This document shows, piece by piece, positions 1 to 10,956 of a DNA stretch of 64,000 bases. The stretch comes from Pseudolysinimonas sp. (GTDB lineage: Bacteria > Actinomycetota > Actinomycetes > Actinomycetales > Microbacteriaceae). Under the pieces are notes generated by a model. The model made no database searches. It was not told the DNA's origin and saw only the letters and a list, made by a program, of their open reading frames with translations. The stretch spans positions 17,576 through 81,575 of the forward strand of contig DASYDQ010000032.1 of assembly GCA_036499485.1 (NCBI GenBank), in the 5' to 3' direction. A program made the position numbers and the translations under genes. Numbering within the stretch: the stretch's first letter is position 1; every line of letters begins with the position of its first letter.

Positions 1-2
1 TC

Positions 3-536
3 GACCAGATCAAGACGATCGCCCAGGAGCTCGCGACCGACAACTTCGACTTCTCGAAGTTCTATGGTTCTGACGGCAACTTCGGTGTCATCGACCCGAG
101 CTACACGAACGCCGACATCGCGGGTGCCCAGTTCACCAACCCCGGTGTCAACGTCTCGGGCGCCTTCAAGTCGAAGCTGGACAAGTTCACGGCCAAGGAC
201 GGCGCCAAGCCCCTGACGGCCTACAGCTACGCACCGGAGTCGTACGACGCGGTCGTGCTCCTGGCCCTCGCTGCCCTCCAGGGCGGCAAGGTCGACGGCA
301 CCACGCTGAAGAACAACCTGCAGGCGGTCTCGGAGGACGGCACCAAGTGCACCACCTTCGCGGACTGCGCCAAGCTGATCGCCTCCGGCAAGGACATCAA
401 CTACGACGGACTCTCGGGCCCGATCACGTTCGATGCCAACGGCGACCCGCAGCAGGCGTACATCTCCATCTACAAGTACGCCAAGGGCAACACGAACTCC
501 TTCGAGAGCGCCGAGTTCGGCGACCTCAGCAAGTAG
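3..536 (+). CDS. Branched-chain amino acid ABC transporter substrate-binding protein (5'-truncated by window edge)
   Basis: Open frame from window start; C-terminal YAPESYDAV...INYDGLSGPITFDANGD is typical of LivJ/K-type binding proteins; converges on liv ATPase/permease genes. Confidence 0.85.
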   Translation, partial: DQIKTIAQELATDNFDFSKFYGSDGNFGVIDPSYTNADIAGAQFTNPGVNVSGAFKSKLDKFTAKDGAKPLTAYSYAPESYDAVVLLALAALQGGKVDGTTLKNNLQAVSEDGTKCTTFADCAKLIASGKDINYDGLSGPITFDANGDPQQAYISIYKYAKGNTNSFESAEFGDLSK

Positions 537-557
537 TCCGCTGACCCCGTAGTACAC

Positions 558-591
558 GAAGAGCCCCGGTCCGAGAGGACCGGGGCTCTTC
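558..591. terminator. Bidirectional intrinsic terminator hairpin
   Basis: Perfect 15-bp stem GAAGAGCCCCGGTCC-GAGA-GGACCGGGGCTCTTC between convergent genes. Confidence 0.85.
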
Positions 592-612
592 CGTTTCGGG
601 AGGCGGACGCCG

Positions 613-1416
613 TCAGCCTCCGACGGTCGGCGTCGAGGCGTTCGCCGTGTGGTCCGTCGCGAGGGTGCCGAGGTACAGTTCGATCACCTTCGGATCGTTC
701 ATCAGCGAGCGACCCGTGCCGGTGTAGGCGTCCTTGCCCTGGTCGAGCACGTAGCCGCGGTCGCAGATCTGCAATGCGCGGCGGGCGTTCTGCTCGACGA
801 TCATCACCGAGACGCCGGCCCGGTTGATCTGAGCCACGTTGATGAAGGTCTCGTCCTGGCGCACCGGCGACAGGCCCGCGCTCGGCTCGTCGAGCAGCAG
901 CACCGAGGGGTCCGTCATGAGGGCCCGCGACATCGCCACCATCTGGCGCTCGCCGCCGGAGAGCGAGCCGGCGCGCTGACCGAGGCGCTTCTTGAGCTCG
1001 GGGAACAGAGTCGACACGAACTCGAGCCGCTCGGGAAAGGCCTTGGGCTTCCGATACACCCCCATCTGGAGGTTCTCCTCGATGGTCAGGCTGGGGAACA
1101 CGTTGTTGTTCTGCGGGACGAAACCGACGCCGCGGGCGACGAGCTTGTCGGCCTTCAGCCCCGTGATGTCCTGCCCGTTCAGCTCGACGTTGCCGCTGCG
1201 GATGTTGACCTGGCCGAAGATCGCCTTCAGCAGCGTCGACTTGCCGGCTCCGTTGGGTCCGATGATGCCTACGAGCTCGCCCTTGGCGACGTACACGTTG
1301 CAGCCGTTCAGGATGTTGACGCCCGGGAGGTAGCCGGCCACGAGATCCGTGGCGGTCAGCACGATCTGCTCGCTCGCCGTGCGCGGGGTGACCTTCGGCG
1401 CGGTTTCTGTGCTCAT
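613..1416 (-). CDS. livF: Branched-chain amino acid ABC ATP-binding protein (LivF-like)
   Basis: GPNGAGKST, LSGGERQ, LLLDEPS; start MSTETAP overlaps the upstream stop (ATGA). Confidence 0.9.
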   Translation of the reverse strand: MSTETAPKVTPRTASEQIVLTATDLVAGYLPGVNILNGCNVYVAKGELVGIIGPNGAGKSTLLKAIFGQVNIRSGNVELNGQDITGLKADKLVARGVGFVPQNNNVFPSLTIEENLQMGVYRKPKAFPERLEFVSTLFPELKKRLGQRAGSLSGGERQMVAMSRALMTDPSVLLLDEPSAGLSPVRQDETFINVAQINRAGVSVMIVEQNARRALQICDRGYVLDQGKDAYTGTGRSLMNDPKVIELYLGTLATDHTANASTPTVGG

Positions 1417-2360
1417 TTTTCCTGGGCCTCCTTCTCCTCGGCCAGCTCTTCCTCGAGCTCCGCGATGAGCGGCGAGCCCTCCTCCTTGGCCACCTCGAGC
1501 TGGCCGGTCAGGCTGCCGAGGTCGGTGTCGTGATGGGCTCCCAGATAGGCGTCGATGACGGCGGGGTCGTCCATGACGACATCGGGGTAGCCCTCGGCGA
1601 CGATCTTGCCCTCGGCCATCACGATCACCCAGTCGGCGATGGTGCGCACCATGTGCATGTCGTGCTCGACGAAGAGCACGGTCATCCCGGTGGATTTCAG
1701 ATCCAGGATGTGGCCGAGCAGCGACTGCGTCAGCGCCGGGTTCACGCCCGCCATCGGCTCGTCGAGCATGACGAGCTGCGGCTCGGTCATGAGCGCGCGC
1801 GCCATCTCGAGCAGCTTGCGCTGGCCGCCGGAGAGGCTCGCGGCGTAATCGTCGGCCTTGGTGTCGAGCTTGAAGCGGGCCAGGAGCTCCATCGCCCGCG
1901 CGGTGATGTCGGTCTCGCGCTTGCGCCACAGCGGGCTGATCAGGGCGGTCAGGAAGTGCTCGCCGCCCTGCTTCTGCGCGCCGAGCCGCATGTTCTCGAG
2001 CACGCTCAGCAGGGCGAGCGCCTTGGTCAGCTGGAAGGTGCGCACCATGCCGCGGCGGGAGACCTTGTAGGCGGGGACGCCGGCGAGGTCCTTGCCGTCG
2101 AAGACCCAGGTGCCGGTGTTCGGCTTGTCGAATCCGGTCAGCAGGTTGAACAGGGTGGTCTTGCCGGCGCCGTTGGGGCCGATCAGCGCCGTGATCACGC
2201 CGCGCGGGATCTCGACGTGCTCGACATCGACCGCCGTCATGCCGCCGAAGTTCCTGGTGACGTTGTCGGCGATCAGAATCGGGTCCACCTTCTTGACGCC
2301 CGGGACCGGCTCGCCGATCTGCAGCCCGGTCGCCTTGGTCGAACTCTTCTTGTCAGGCAC
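1413..2360 (-). CDS. livG: Branched-chain amino acid ABC ATP-binding protein (LivG-like)
   Basis: GPNGAGKTT, RTFQ, LDEPMAG, VEHDM, VIDAYLG. Confidence 0.9.
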   Translation of the reverse strand: MPDKKSSTKATGLQIGEPVPGVKKVDPILIADNVTRNFGGMTAVDVEHVEIPRGVITALIGPNGAGKTTLFNLLTGFDKPNTGTWVFDGKDLAGVPAYKVSRRGMVRTFQLTKALALLSVLENMRLGAQKQGGEHFLTALISPLWRKRETDITARAMELLARFKLDTKADDYAASLSGGQRKLLEMARALMTEPQLVMLDEPMAGVNPALTQSLLGHILDLKSTGMTVLFVEHDMHMVRTIADWVIVMAEGKIVAEGYPDVVMDDPAVIDAYLGAHHDTDLGSLTGQLEVAKEEGSPLIAELEEELAEEKEAQEK

Positions 2361-3327
2361 CGAAATGCGCCTCCCTCTTCTTACCCAGGATTCCCTGGGG
2401 GCGGAACACGATGATCAGGATCAACGCAATGCCCACCAGCACGAAACGGATCGGGCCCTGTTGCACCTGCGTGATGGGCAGCAGATGGTTGGCGACCAGG
2501 AGGCTCAGCACGCCGTCGGTGAGCGACAGCACGACCCAGAAGATGATCGACCCCAGGATCGGCCCGAGCACGGTGGTCGCGCCGCCGAGCAGCATGATCG
2601 TGAACAGGAAGAACGTGGTCTGCGTGCCGTAGTTGTCGGGCTGCAACGACGTCGGCACGATGTTGATGATCACGGCGAGGGCGGCGAGAACGCCGCCGAT
2701 CATCAGCGCCTGCATCTTGTACCAATAGACGTTCTTGCCGAGGGCGCGCACGGCGTCCTCGTCCTCGCGGATGCCCTTCACGATCCGGCCCCACGGGCTG
2801 CGCATGAGCTGCCAGACGAACAGGGCGGCGATGGCGACCGTCACCCAGCCGACGATGATCACCCAGAGATCATCCTGGTTGTAGGTGAGTACGCCGAAGC
2901 CGTATCTGCCGACCGGGATCGGGTTGATCGAGTCGAAGGCCTTCGACGAGCCGTTGATGCCGTCCGTGCCGCCCGTGATCGGCGTCAGGCTCGGCGTCTT
3001 CACGGTGAAGCGCAGGATCTCGGCGGCCGCGATGGTCACGATGCTGAGATAGTCGGCCCGAAGGCGCAGGGTCGGAACGCCCAGGATGAACGCGAAGATG
3101 ATCGCGCCGACGATCGCCGCAAGCACGGAGCCCCAGAGCGGCCATTCGAACTTGACGCTCGTGATCGCGAAGGCGTAGCCGCCGACCGCCATGAATCCCG
3201 CCTGGCCGAAGTTGACCAGGCCGGTGAAGCCGAAGCAGACCGCGAGGCCGAGGGCCGCGAGGGCGTAGGCGATCGTCTGCGGTGACAGGACCTGGCCGAT
3301 GGCCAGGATGATGAAGTTGAAGTCCAT
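2353..3327 (-). CDS. livM: Branched-chain amino acid ABC permease (LivM-like)
   Basis: GLVNFGQAGF, LRLRADYLSIVT, GIREDEDA, FRPQGILG. Confidence 0.9.
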   Translation of the reverse strand: MDFNFIILAIGQVLSPQTIAYALAALGLAVCFGFTGLVNFGQAGFMAVGGYAFAITSVKFEWPLWGSVLAAIVGAIIFAFILGVPTLRLRADYLSIVTIAAAEILRFTVKTPSLTPITGGTDGINGSSKAFDSINPIPVGRYGFGVLTYNQDDLWVIIVGWVTVAIAALFVWQLMRSPWGRIVKGIREDEDAVRALGKNVYWYKMQALMIGGVLAALAVIINIVPTSLQPDNYGTQTTFFLFTIMLLGGATTVLGPILGSIIFWVVLSLTDGVLSLLVANHLLPITQVQQGPIRFVLVGIALILIIVFRPQGILGKKREAHFGA

Positions 3328-3346
3328 GGTCGTCTCCTTCCCTTTC

Positions 3347-4831
3347 CTAGCCGATTCGCTCTCGCCGGCCGAAGATGCCCTGCGGTCTGATCAGCAGGAT
3401 CACGATCATGACGAGCAGCGCGGCGGCGTTCTGGACGGTGGTGTACTGCGATCCGAAGAGCGGCACCAGGTTCACCAGAAGGCCGATGATGAGCGAACCC
3501 ACCAGCGCACCGAAGGCGGTGCCGAATCCACCGAGGGTGACCGCTGCGAAGATGAGCAGCAGGATGCTGGCACCGGTGTCCCAGCGCAGCGTCTGGTGGT
3601 AGCCGATCAGCACGCCGGCCAGGCCGGCAAGGGCGCCCGACCCCGTCCACACGATGCGGATGATCCGCTCGACGTTGATCCCGGATGCCGCGGCGAGCGA
3701 TTTGTTGTCGGCGACCGCGCGGGTGGCCTTGCCGATCCGGGTGCGCAGAAGCAGGAACGCGACGAGCAGCAGGAGCACGATGCAGATGATCACGCTGACG
3801 ATGTCGATCTGCCGCAGCTTCACGGGCCCGAAGGCGATCGTGGTGCCCGTCGGAACCGGCAGCACCAGCTGGTCGGGGCCGAAGATGAACTGGTACAGAT
3901 AGCGCAGCACGAGTGACAGGCCGATGGACACGATCATCAGGGGGATCAGTCCGACGCCACGGCGGCGCAGCGGCTTCCAAAGCCCCAGATCCTGGGCATA
4001 GCCGAAGACCCCGCCGAGCACGAACGCCGAGATCAGGGCGACCGGGATCGGGAAGTGGAGCACGTCGCTGAAGACGTAGCCCACCAGGGCACCGAAGGTC
4101 ACCAGCTCGCCGTGCGCGAAGTTGCTGAGGCCCGTCGTGCCGTAGATCAGGGAGACGCCGATGGACGCCAGCGCCAGAAGCAGCCCGAAGATGATGCCGT
4201 TCACGATGAGGTTCGACGCCAGCGCGAAGTAGTCGGTCTTCACGCCGCCCCCACCGTTGCCGGATCCCGGCGAGGGGCTGGCCGAGCTTCCCGGGTTGGT
4301 GGACGCGCCGCCCGGAGTGAGCAGGAAGTAGGCGGGATCGCCCTGGTCGCCGCCGGCGATCGTGATCTTGAGCGGATTGATCGCGGGCCCGAGCGCCTTG
4401 TCGGGGAGGCTGGTGGCATCCAGAGTGAAGACGTAGTCGCCGCTCCTGGGCACGTCGACCTCGACCTTGCCGTCCGCTCCCGTGACGTAGCTCTGCGAGA
4501 AGCTCTTCGGTCCGGTGACCTTCACGGTCACGCCGGGGACGTTGCTCTTGTCGGCGGCGACGCGCACCCAGATCTCGGCGTACTGCGCCGGCGCTGTCGC
4601 TGTGGGAGTCGGCGTGGGAGTGCCGGTCGGGTCTGCGAGTGTCGTTGCAGCGGCGGGCAACGCGGTGAAGGCCAGCGCCGCGGCGGTGGCGACGACAGCG
4701 AGCAGACCGAGCACCGCGCGGACTGCGCCCGTGCGCCCCGTGTCTACGCGCCCCGTGCCGATGCGCCCGTTGCCGACGCGCCCGGTGCCGATGCGGCCAG
4801 TGCGGGATGTTGCGTGTGGCGCCTTCGCCAT
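3347..4831 (-). CDS. livH: Branched-chain amino acid ABC permease (LivH-like) with N-terminal extracytoplasmic domain
   Basis: GLSNFAHGE, RAVADN, RPQGIFG; start placed at ATG 4831 after a GGAGGT RBS; signal-like helix and a beta-rich domain precede the permease. Confidence 0.85.
   Translation of the reverse strand: MAKAPHATSRTGRIGTGRVGNGRIGTGRVDTGRTGAVRAVLGLLAVVATAAALAFTALPAAATTLADPTGTPTPTPTATAPAQYAEIWVRVAADKSNVPGVTVKVTGPKSFSQSYVTGADGKVEVDVPRSGDYVFTLDATSLPDKALGPAINPLKITIAGGDQGDPAYFLLTPGGASTNPGSSASPSPGSGNGGGGVKTDYFALASNLIVNGIIFGLLLALASIGVSLIYGTTGLSNFAHGELVTFGALVGYVFSDVLHFPIPVALISAFVLGGVFGYAQDLGLWKPLRRRGVGLIPLMIVSIGLSLVLRYLYQFIFGPDQLVLPVPTGTTIAFGPVKLRQIDIVSVIICIVLLLLVAFLLLRTRIGKATRAVADNKSLAAASGINVERIIRIVWTGSGALAGLAGVLIGYHQTLRWDTGASILLLIFAAVTLGGFGTAFGALVGSLIIGLLVNLVPLFGSQYTTVQNAAALLVMIVILLIRPQGIFGRRERIG
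4727..4804 (-). repeat. Degenerate 15-bp tandem repeat encoding about 5 copies of (T/N)GR(I/V)(G/D) in the LivH N-terminus
   Basis: Translation RTGRIGTGRVGNGRIGTGRVDTGRTG. Confidence 0.7.
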
Positions 4832-5010
4832 GGATACCTCCGGGGGGACGAGCGGTCGCGGCCGCGTTCGAGCGATGCCGCCGCGATGGACGATCCGAGC
4901 GTGGTGTTCACCGTACTGGCCGTTTGTGTCTCCCGTGTTTCGATATCGCAACACTCGCGCATCACCGGAAGACGTCAGCGGTTGCCTCATCTTGGAGTGT
5001 GATGGAATAG

Positions 5011-6621
<1,611 letters not shown>

Positions 6622-6714
6622 CCCGCGCTGTTATAACCTGGTCGGCTCGCCCTCCGCGAGCCCCGTGCCGCTTCTCGAAGCGCAACGGGCTCGACGAGCG
6701 GCGAGAGGCGAGCG

Positions 6715-8418
6715 ATGGGCTTCATCGACGTCAACAACGTCTCCCTGACCCTGGCGGACGGGCGCCCGCTGCTCGACGAGGTGTCGTTCCGGGTCGGGGA
6801 CGGCGCGGTCTCGGCCCTGATCGGCGCGAACGGGGCAGGCAAGTCAACGCTGCTCAAGATCATCCGCGGCGAGGTGCGGGCCGATTCCGGTGCAATCACG
6901 CTCGACGGTGGCCTCGGGGTGATGGATCAGTTCGTCGGCCATCTGCGCGACGACTCGACCGTGCGCGACCTGCTGATCTCGGTGGCGCGCGCCTCGGTGC
7001 GGGATGCGGCCCGTGCGCTCGACGCGGCCGAGGAGGCCCTGCTCGACGAGGACTCGACCGAGCGGCAGATGGCCTACGCGACCGCGCTCGCCGACTACGG
7101 GGATGCGGGCGGCTACGACCAGGAGGTCGTCTGGGATCAGTGCACGATCGCGGCGATCGGCATCCCGTTCGAGCGGGCCAAGTACCGCGCGGTGACGAGC
7201 CTGAGTGGCGGCGAGCAGAAGCGCCTCGCGCTGGAAGCGCTGCTGCGCGGCCCCGAGCAGGTGCTGCTGCTCGACGAACCGGACAACTACCTCGACGTGC
7301 CGGGCAAACGCTGGCTCGAGGAGTCGTTGAAGGCCACGCCGAAGACCGTGCTGCTCGTGAGCCACGACCGGGAGCTGCTCGCGCGCGCCGCCGATCGGAT
7401 CATCACCCTCGAGCTGGGTGCCGCCGGCAACACGGTGTGGACGCACGGTGGCGGCTTCGCGAGCTACCACGACGCCCGCCGTGACCGCATGGAGCGCCTC
7501 GATGAGCTCAAGCGGCGCTGGGACGAGGAGCACGCCAAGATCAAGCAGCTCGTCGCGACGATGAAGGTGAAGGCCACCGCGAGCGACGAGTTCGCCTCCC
7601 GGTACCGGGCAGCCCAGACGCGCCTGCGCAAGTTCGAGGAGGCCGGGCCGCCACAGCTACGTCCGCTTGAGCAGAATCTCGCGATGCGGCTGCGCGGGGC
7701 GCGCACCGGCCGCCGCGCCCTGGTCGTCGAGCAGCTCGAGCTGACGGGCCTGATGCAGCCATTCGATCTCGAGGTCTGGTACGGCGAACGCGTGGCCGTG
7801 CTCGGATCGAACGGGTCGGGCAAGTCGCACTTCCTGCGGCTGCTGGCGCTCGGCGGCAGCGAGCCGGATCCGCGGGCGGGACATGTGACCAGCGTCGGCC
7901 AGACCCTCGATCCGGTCGCCCACACCGGAGTCGCCCGGCTGGGCGCGCGCGTCGTGCCGGGCTGGTTCGCGCAGGCGCACGAGCATCCGGAACTGGTGGG
8001 GCGCACGCTGCTGGAGATCCTGGCCCGCGGCGACGGCGAACGAGACGGGCGCGGTCGTGAGGGCCGCGGTCGCGAGGAGGCCAGCCGCGCGCTCAACCGC
8101 TACGGCCTGGTGGATGCCGCCGAGCAGACCTTCGAGTCCCTGAGCGGCGGTCAGCAGGCTCGTCTGCAGATCCTGCTGCTGGAGCTCAGCGGGGCCACCA
8201 TGCTGCTGCTCGACGAGCCGACCGACAATCTCGACCTGGTCTCGGCCGAGGCCCTGCAGGACGCGTTGGAGCACTTCGACGGCACGGTGCTCGCCGTGAC
8301 GCACGACCGCTGGTTCGCTCGCTCCTTCGACCGCTTCCTCGTCTCCGGAAGCGACGGGCGCGTCTACGAATCCGACGAGCCGGTCTGGGACGAGAAGCGG
8401 GTCGTCCGCGCCCGCTGA
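6715..8418 (+). CDS. ABC-F family ATPase (two NBDs, no membrane domain)
   Basis: GANGAGKST/LSGGEQ/LLLDEPDN and GSNGSGKS/LSGGQQ/LLLDEPTDN separated by a helical linker. Confidence 0.9.
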   Translation: MGFIDVNNVSLTLADGRPLLDEVSFRVGDGAVSALIGANGAGKSTLLKIIRGEVRADSGAITLDGGLGVMDQFVGHLRDDSTVRDLLISVARASVRDAARALDAAEEALLDEDSTERQMAYATALADYGDAGGYDQEVVWDQCTIAAIGIPFERAKYRAVTSLSGGEQKRLALEALLRGPEQVLLLDEPDNYLDVPGKRWLEESLKATPKTVLLVSHDRELLARAADRIITLELGAAGNTVWTHGGGFASYHDARRDRMERLDELKRRWDEEHAKIKQLVATMKVKATASDEFASRYRAAQTRLRKFEEAGPPQLRPLEQNLAMRLRGARTGRRALVVEQLELTGLMQPFDLEVWYGERVAVLGSNGSGKSHFLRLLALGGSEPDPRAGHVTSVGQTLDPVAHTGVARLGARVVPGWFAQAHEHPELVGRTLLEILARGDGERDGRGREGRGREEASRALNRYGLVDAAEQTFESLSGGQQARLQILLLELSGATMLLLDEPTDNLDLVSAEALQDALEHFDGTVLAVTHDRWFARSFDRFLVSGSDGRVYESDEPVWDEKRVVRAR

Positions 8419-8472
8419 ACCGCTCCTTCGCGGCAATCCGGGCGGCCTGCGCGCCGGGGAGTTCGACACAAC

Positions 8473-8530
8473 CGGGCGGCTCCGGCGCGACCGGGCCGCC
8501 TGGGCAGCCCCGATCGGCAGTACTCGCCCG
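8473..8530 (+). repeat. Palindromic 58-bp direct repeat, left copy
   Basis: 51/58 identical to 9581-9638; internal hairpin GGCGGCTCCGG...CCGGGCCGCC. Confidence 0.85.
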
Positions 8531-8644
8531 GACTGACCGCAGTGGCAGCTCGGGCGTCTCCTCCACGGGTGTCAACGTCACCGGCGGAGCACGAATGCAG
8601 GCACGTTGCTCTCGCTTGGGCAACAGGTCAGGCACTGTTCCCCG

Positions 8645-9580
8645 ATGGATGTGAGCGCCGACTCGTTGCAGTTCAGTCGCGACGTCATCGAACAAGGTGG
8701 TCTCCGGAACCTTCGCCGCGCGGCGAAACGTGGCCGCCTCGTTCGAGTTCATCGCGGCGCTTTCGTCCCCGCGGGAGACTGGCGGCCCCTGACAGAGACG
8801 GAGCGGTACACATATCGGATCCTCGGGGCGATCGGGAGTGCACGCACGATCCCCGTTGTCAGTCACGTCTCAGCGGCCGTTCTTCACGGTGCCCCCATCG
8901 TCGGTCCGCTGCCCGCGCTGATTCACGTTCTGGCGACGCGGGCCGCGGGAACCCGCACCGAGCACGGGTACCGAAAGCATGCGACGCCCTTCTTGACGAC
9001 GGGCCTCGACATTCGCGGCGAGTTGAGGATGACGTCGCTCGTGCGCACCCTGGCAGACGTCGCCGCCGACTCACCGCTCGTGACGGCCGTCGGAATGCTC
9101 GACTGGGCCCTGGCACATCATCCGGTCTCGAAAGGAGATGTGCTCGGTGCGCTCGACGAGTTCGACATCCGGCGAGGGCGTCGTCGGGCGGAGCGAGCCA
9201 TCGCTTTCGCGGACGCCCGGGCCGGGTCGCCGGGCGAGTCGCTCAGCCGGGTCAGGATCCACGAAGCGGGCATGCCGGCCCCCCAGCTGCAGGTCCCGTT
9301 CGGCGATCAGGCGGGCAGGATCGGCGTCGTCGATTTCTGGTGGCCGGAGTATCAGCTGATCGGCGAGTTCGACGGCGTCGCCAAGTACGTGCGCGAGGAG
9401 TTCACGGGCGGTCGAGATGCGGCCGACGTGGTTATCGCCGAGAAGCGGCGAGAGGATCGGCTCCGAGCCCTGGGCCCGATCGTCGCGCGATGGGGATGGC
9501 CGCTGGCGTGGGGTGATCTGGGTCTGGAAGCTCTCTTGCGCACCTATGGCTTGCCCATCAGGCGGCGTCGCCTTGGCTGA
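8645..9580 (+). CDS. AbiEi-like wHTH protein with C-terminal DUF559/Vsr-like (PD-(D/E)XK-type) endonuclease domain
   Basis: LVRVHRGAF, VVSHVSAAVLHG, TSLVRTLADV, SPGESLSR, VDFWWP...GEFDG..KY, EKRREDRLR; CACTGT -10-like hexamer 6 nt before ATG 8645. Confidence 0.8.
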   Translation: MDVSADSLQFSRDVIEQGGLRNLRRAAKRGRLVRVHRGAFVPAGDWRPLTETERYTYRILGAIGSARTIPVVSHVSAAVLHGAPIVGPLPALIHVLATRAAGTRTEHGYRKHATPFLTTGLDIRGELRMTSLVRTLADVAADSPLVTAVGMLDWALAHHPVSKGDVLGALDEFDIRRGRRRAERAIAFADARAGSPGESLSRVRIHEAGMPAPQLQVPFGDQAGRIGVVDFWWPEYQLIGEFDGVAKYVREEFTGGRDAADVVIAEKRREDRLRALGPIVARWGWPLAWGDLGLEALLRTYGLPIRRRRLG

Positions 9581-9638
9581 CGGGCGGCTCCGGCGCAACC
9601 GGGCCGCCTAGGCGGCCCCGATCCGCCGTGTTCGCCCG
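9581..9638 (+). repeat. Palindromic 58-bp direct repeat, right copy
   Basis: Starts immediately after the stop codon of 8645-9580; matches 8473-8530. Confidence 0.85.
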
Positions 9639-9673
9639 CATTCGGCCATCCCGGGCTCGAGACTCGGGCCCCG

Positions 9674-9723
9674 GCGGCGGCGGGTACATCGCCGGAGCGA
9701 AGCCGCCGCAGGGGCGGCGGCGC
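9674..9723 (-). repeat. REP-like dispersed repeat, copy A
   Basis: Reverse complement GCGCCGCCGCCCCTGCGGCG...GCGATGTACCCGCCGCCGC matches the copies at 39804, 45730 and 45818. Confidence 0.7.
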
Positions 9724-9736
9724 CTAGGCTAGCCGA

Positions 9737-10858
9737 GTGAGTGACATCGAGATCGGCCGGTCCAAGCGGGCGCGTCGCGCCTATGCCTTCGACGACATCG
9801 CGATCGTGCCCAGCCGCCGCACGCGTGACCCGCAGGATGTCTCGGTCAAGTGGTCCATCGACGCCTTCACGTTCGAGATGCCCGTGCTCGCCGCCCCGAT
9901 GGACTCGGTGGTCAGCCCTGCCACGGCGATCCTCATCGGGCAGCTCGGCGGCCTGGGCGTGCTCGACCTCGAGGGCCTGTGGACCCGCTACGACGACCCC
10001 GAGCCGGTGCTCGCCGAGATCCGGGCCCTGAAGCCGGATGTCGCGACCGCCCGCATGCAGGAGCTCTACGCCGCGCCCATCCAGCCCGCCCTGATCAAGG
10101 AGCGGCTCGCGCAGATCCGCGCAGCCGGAGTCCCCGTGGCCGGAGCCCTCTCCCCGCAGCGCACCCAGGAGCACTCGCAGGCGGTCGTCGATGCGGGAGT
10201 CGACCTGTTCGTCATCCGTGGCACCACGGTCAGCGCCGAGCATGTGAGCAAGACGGTCGAGCCGCTCAACCTGAAGAAGTTCATCTACGAACTCGACGTT
10301 CCCGTGATCGTGGGGGGAGCGGCCACCTACACGGCCGCGCTCCACCTGATGCGTACCGGCGCGGCCGGCGTGCTGGTCGGCTTCGGCGGGGGAGCGGCGT
10401 CGACCACGCGCGCGAGCCTCGGCATCCACGCTCCGATGGCTACGGCGGTGGCGGATGTCGCGGGCGCGCGGCGCGACTACCTGGACGAGTCGGGCGGCCG
10501 CTACGTGCACGTCATCGCCGACGGCGGCCTCGGCACCAGCGGAGACATCGTCAAGGCGATCTCGGTCGGCGCGGATGCCGTCATGCTCGGCACCGCGCTG
10601 GCGCGCGCGAACGAGGCGCCGGGCGGCGGCTGGCACTGGGGTGCCGAGGCCCACCACGCCGAGCTTCCCCGCGGCAGCCGCGTCCAGGTCGGCCGGCTGG
10701 CGCCGCTCGAGCAGCTGCTGTTCGGCCCGTCGTCCAACCCGGACGGCCGGGTGAACCTCATCGGGGCGCTGCGCCGCTCGATGGCGACCACCGGATACTC
10801 CGACCTCAAGGAGTTCCAGCGCGTCGAGGTCGTCGTCGCGCCGTACGCCCAGAGCTGA
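9737..10858 (+). CDS. guaB3: GuaB3 family IMP dehydrogenase-related protein
   Basis: MSDIEIGRSKRARRAYAFDDIAIVPSRRTR, GTTVSAEHV, DLKEFQRVEV; leaderless TAGGCT promoter. Confidence 0.93.
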   Translation: MSDIEIGRSKRARRAYAFDDIAIVPSRRTRDPQDVSVKWSIDAFTFEMPVLAAPMDSVVSPATAILIGQLGGLGVLDLEGLWTRYDDPEPVLAEIRALKPDVATARMQELYAAPIQPALIKERLAQIRAAGVPVAGALSPQRTQEHSQAVVDAGVDLFVIRGTTVSAEHVSKTVEPLNLKKFIYELDVPVIVGGAATYTAALHLMRTGAAGVLVGFGGGAASTTRASLGIHAPMATAVADVAGARRDYLDESGGRYVHVIADGGLGTSGDIVKAISVGADAVMLGTALARANEAPGGGWHWGAEAHHAELPRGSRVQVGRLAPLEQLLFGPSSNPDGRVNLIGALRRSMATTGYSDLKEFQRVEVVVAPYAQS

Positions 10859-10956
10859 CGTGACCGCCGGCCGACACGGCCGTCGGCGCCGGCGTCGCCT
10901 GGGCTGCCAGAAACGGCCCCCCAGCCCGGCGAACGCGCGCTCGGTAGAATGAATGC

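Noticed and set aside
8420-8460. Possible partial REP copy (CCGCTCCTTCG) left of the nuclease cassette
   Set aside because: Only about 11 nt match in GC-rich sequence; too weak to call.
8645-9580. Complete type IV toxin-antitoxin (AbiE) system
   Set aside because: No adjacent AbiEii nucleotidyltransferase gene.
8473-9723. Repeats considered as a CRISPR or mini-array
   Set aside because: Only two copies separated by a 1-kb gene; no regular spacers and no cas genes.
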